Shown here: positions 60,478 to 64,000 of the stretch, piece after piece
How positions within the stretch are numbered: the stretch's first letter is position 1
Layout of the letters: each line of letters starts with the position of its first letter
Assembly (NCBI GenBank): GCA_001179505.1
Contig: CDMY01000123.1
Location: forward strand, 1 to 64,000
Length of the DNA stretch: 64,000 nt
Source: Vitrella brassicaformis CCMP3155
Lineage: Eukaryota; Protista; Chromerida
Direction: 5' to 3'
Notes under the pieces: model-generated
What the model saw: only the letters and a program-made list of their open reading frames with translations
The model's database searches: none
What the model was told of the DNA's origin: nothing
Made by a program: the position numbers and the translations under genes

Positions 60478-60829
60478 GACCGTGTCTCTGCCTTTGCCTT
60501 TTTATTCCTTTGCGGTGGGTCAGGTCATTCAGTCGTCCGCTCATGGCCTGATCTAGCTAGTGTGGAGGGGGGGAAGCGACGAAACCAGCACAACGCACAC
60601 ATACACACATACACACACATGAGAGAGAGAGAGAGAGAGAGAGAAGGTGGGAGGTTTGCCCGTTTATGTGGATACATCGCTGTGTGCCTGTGCCTGAGTG
60701 TCCAGCTGGGTTTCCCCCGTACGCAGTCTGGGCGTGACGCCGTTTGCTGTTCACCGAGATGTGCCAGCAGACAGCGTCGCCTCTGGGGGTCGCAAGGAGG
60801 GACACACAGCAAGAACACTCCAGCCGGAT

Positions 60830-62759
60830 CTCGCCTTTCACCCACAGTGGTTGATGATTGTACAGGCCAACCGGACTGGCCGGCCGCCCGTGTGTGTGCT
60901 AATGGAGGTGTTGGTTGAATCAGCTACATAGATGTTCGCTTCCCTCTGTCAAATCTCTCTTCTCTCTCACCCACGTCCCCTTTCCCCCACACCATGCACA
61001 CGGCCAGTGGACACACAGCAACCAACCATCCATTCGGAGTGCTGCTGCGCCGCAAGTGATGGTTTGACCGATCGGATTCGAGGAATGCTGGCCGATTGGC
61101 GGCTGACCAGGTCCTGCGTTTGCAACGCATCAGCCGAAATTGACTGTCCTGTACCGAGGTGGTCAGCCGAATCGACGCGAGCAGTGGTGACGATGCGCCT
61201 CTCGTGTGAGTCCCTCGCCCTTCTCGTTGCCGCTGCCTCATTCGGTAAGTCGGGGGCAGACGGGTTGTGTTGGTCGGTTAACGTCACTCATGCGGCCGGT
61301 CCTCTGTCTGTCCGTCTACGTGTCTACCCTCCCTCAGCCACTCACACCCCAGCCCAACACATACATGCCATCAGCCAGCTGCATTTTGCAACCGGCAGGA
61401 GGGGCACACACACACACACACCAAAATCCATCCATCAATGTCACGTGCAGCAGTTCGACAGCCCCCCACCCCTGCCGCCCTTGTCCTTTGCCGCTGCTGT
61501 CGTGGTGTCTCTCTCCTTCTCTCGGCTGACCCTCTCGGCCATTGCCTTGTCATTCCCACGTTGCATCGCCAGAGGGGGAGGGGGGGACGGCCGCCGCATT
61601 AGCATGGCGGTGGGTGACGGTGCCCGTGGCATTATGGGCGAGAGCAGGGCGGGCATCGATGCGTGTCTCGGCGACTGCTGCAGCGGCAGGGGGGCCGGCC
61701 CTTGCTGCTGCTTGGCCATCAGACTGTCCACACGCAGAGAGAGAGAGAGAGAGAGAGGGGGAGAGAGGGGGGGGNNNNNNNNNNNNNNNNNNNNNNNNNN
61801 NNNNNNNNNNNNNNNNNNNNNNNNNNNNNNNNNNNNNNNNNNNNNNNNNNNNNNNNNNNNNNNNNNNNNNNNNNNNNNNNNNNNNNNNNNNNNNNNNNNN
61901 NNNNNNNNNNNNNNNNNNNNNNNNNNNNNNNNNNNNNNNNNNNNNNNNNNNNNNNNNNNNNNNNNNNNNNNNNNNNNNNNNNNNNNNNNNNNNNNNNNNN
62001 NNNNNNNNNNNNNNNNNNNNNNNNNNNNNNNNNNNNNNNNNNNNNNNNNNNNNNNNNNNNNNNNNNNNNNNNNNGGTGGCGTGTGTGTTTTGGTGTTCGA
62101 CACAGACGCACCTCTTTGGGTGTGGGTGGTGTGGAAAGGGATGGTGTCGCTGCAGCACATGGGCAGACACGCGCACAGGGGGGGGAACAGGCACATGAAC
62201 AGGAAGAGGCCCACGGAAGGGCGGCTGTTGCTGCTGGGGGTGTGGATGTTGCTGAGGAGGCATCTTGGGCGATGGCAGATGGGCGGGATGGGCCACGACA
62301 GAAGGCGGCTTGACGAGGGGCGCCTTCATGACCACAGGAGGCCGCTGATGGATCACCACACGTGTGTGAGGCGGGTGTGGGTGTGATGGCGGAGGGGGCG
62401 ACAGCGACCGCACCACCGGCACCGTCACGGGGGATGGAGATCTTGCTCTGGGTGGCGGGGGGGAGAGGCTTCTCACCACGCCCACACCCACACGAGTCAC
62501 ACCAGCACCAGCAGCACCCTTGACACGGGGCGGCTCCTTCCTCGGCGACATTGCGCAGCACACCGACGCTCCCTGTGGTTTCTTGTGCTTGGCAGCTGGA
62601 GGCGATTTGGGTGAGGGTGGGCAACAGGTGAAGCAGCGCGGCTCGAGTGACTGGCCTCTGCGGAGGGACAGGTGTGGGGGCGGCGAGCGGATGTGTGTGA
62701 TGATGCGGGGCATGGAGGTGGTGGGGCGGAGGGGGGGCGAGTAGATGATCCGCGCGCCG

Positions 62760-62804
<45 letters not shown>

Positions 62805-64000
62805 TGCATAGCGGTTGTGGGTCGGTTGTGTGTCAACTGTACGTGTCATGTGACTCGAGTTGGTCGACTTGTCGTGCCATCTCGACCGTCTCGTTGTGCA
62901 GCTGCTGCATGTCGGTGTTGATCTGACGCAGACGGGCCAACGCCTCAATCAGCAACGCACGCTCGGGCTCCAGCGTCTTCACCTGAACAACAAGGCTTGG
63001 CATCTCGCTCTCTGTCTTAGTGTGTGTGTGTGTCTTCACTCACCTGTTCCTCCAGCCCGTCTTTCTCCTCCTTGATTTTGGCCATTTCCTCCATCAGCTT
63101 GGCGACCTTTTCCTCCAACTCGGCCTTCTCACTTTGCAGCGCCTCCATCTCATCACCAAACTCGCTCACAGCTGCACACATCAACACACACACACAGGGA
63201 GAGAGGTATATACATATATATATACGTGGGTGTGGGTGGCGTGTGTGTATGCAATGCTTGCCTGGTTCGCCTTCCTTTGGAGGGGCCTTTTTGGTCTTGG
63301 GGGTCTTCTGCTGCTTCTTGGTGAGCTTGTCCATCTCCTCCTTGATGCGGCTGTTCTCAACCTGCAGATCCTTCACCTGCACGCAGCACGCATGACAATC
63401 GACCGCTGTTCTCTCTCTCTCTCCTTATTTTGTTGTGTGTAGGAGAGTGCCTGTGTGTGGTATTTGTTCTTTTCGCGTCTCAGGTTGGCGATTTCCATGG
63501 CGGCGGCGGCCGACCGCTCACGCTGCTTCTTGTCGTCTACCGGGGGCTTCTCCGCCTGAACCAACCATTGACCCAACGAATCAAACACAGATATATGCAC
63601 GATAGAGACACAATGCGCCATGCTGCCCGAGGAAGTCAAACCTTCTTTTCAGGTTTGACTTCCTGTGTCTCCTCCTCCTTCTTTTTCTTCTCCTCCACTG
63701 CTGACTTCCACGTCAGACGGGACGGCCTACACACAACACAGACACACAGACACACAGAAACATCGAAATGAGTCTCTCTTTCTCTGTGGAGACCAGCCAT
63801 TGTCTGACCTGGCCTTTGCCTTGGCTGCCCTCTTCTCCTGAGCTGCGAACCGAGTGGCCAGCACTTTCTCCTTCTCATCAGGTTTCTCCTTCTCTGGCAA
63901 TACAGCAGCAGCGGCAGCTGCTGCTGCTGCTGCTGCTGGTGCCGGCTCCTGCTGTGTTGCTGGCTCTTTTGGCTCCTCCTGCAGTACCACGTAATGCATG
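60830..64000 (-). CDS. Coiled-coil protein, 5'-truncated by the window end
   Basis: Heptad-rich exons VKDLQVENSRIKEEMDKLTKK, EMEALQSEKAELEEKVAKLMEEMAKIKEEKDGLEEQ, RALLIEALARLRQINTDMQQLHNETVEMARQVDQLE, then Pro-rich exons. 3' end approximate. Confidence 0.6.
61775..62074. other. Assembly gap (300 N)
   Basis: N run after (GA)n and a G-run. Confidence 1.

Noticed and set aside
27873-62074. Five gaps of exactly 300 N
   Set aside because: The identical size indicates scaffolding placeholders at low-complexity intron sequence, not biology.

Overview
Gene-dense, intron-rich, GC-rich eukaryotic DNA. An alveolate, probably a chromerid such as Vitrella, is my inference from an oocyst-wall-protein-like gene, a PfPK5-like CDK, a probable plastid-targeted protein and microsatellite-filled introns. 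Recognisable genes are centrin, a PSTAIRE CDK, GRWD1/RRB1, a RecQ helicase, a PX+START protein, an OWP-like wall protein, MtnB, a CobW/ZNG1 GTPase, an alpha/beta hydrolase, an LRR protein, tRNA-Val(CAC), an LSMT-like SET protein and several unknown or secreted proteins. Five 300-N assembly gaps are present. Most notable observations: (1) many introns carry complementary microsatellites, (CA)n/(GACA)n/(GGA)-rich near the donor and (TG)n/(TGTC)n/(TCC)-rich near the acceptor, predicting intron-spanning hairpins; (2) a ~9 kb tail-to-tail paralog pair built from tandem exon duplications, whose repeat module carries a Pol II CTD-like heptad; (3) a tRNA without a T4 terminator followed by a head-to-head telomere-repeat cluster; (4) many compact divergent gene pairs, several sharing a GCTCGCA motif, and one pairing a zinc chaperone with a zinc enzyme; (5) unusual domain architectures (PIP box + C4HC3 finger + RecQ, a membrane-anchored SET lacking the NH motif, PX-START). 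Gene models were spliced by eye, so exon boundaries are approximate.
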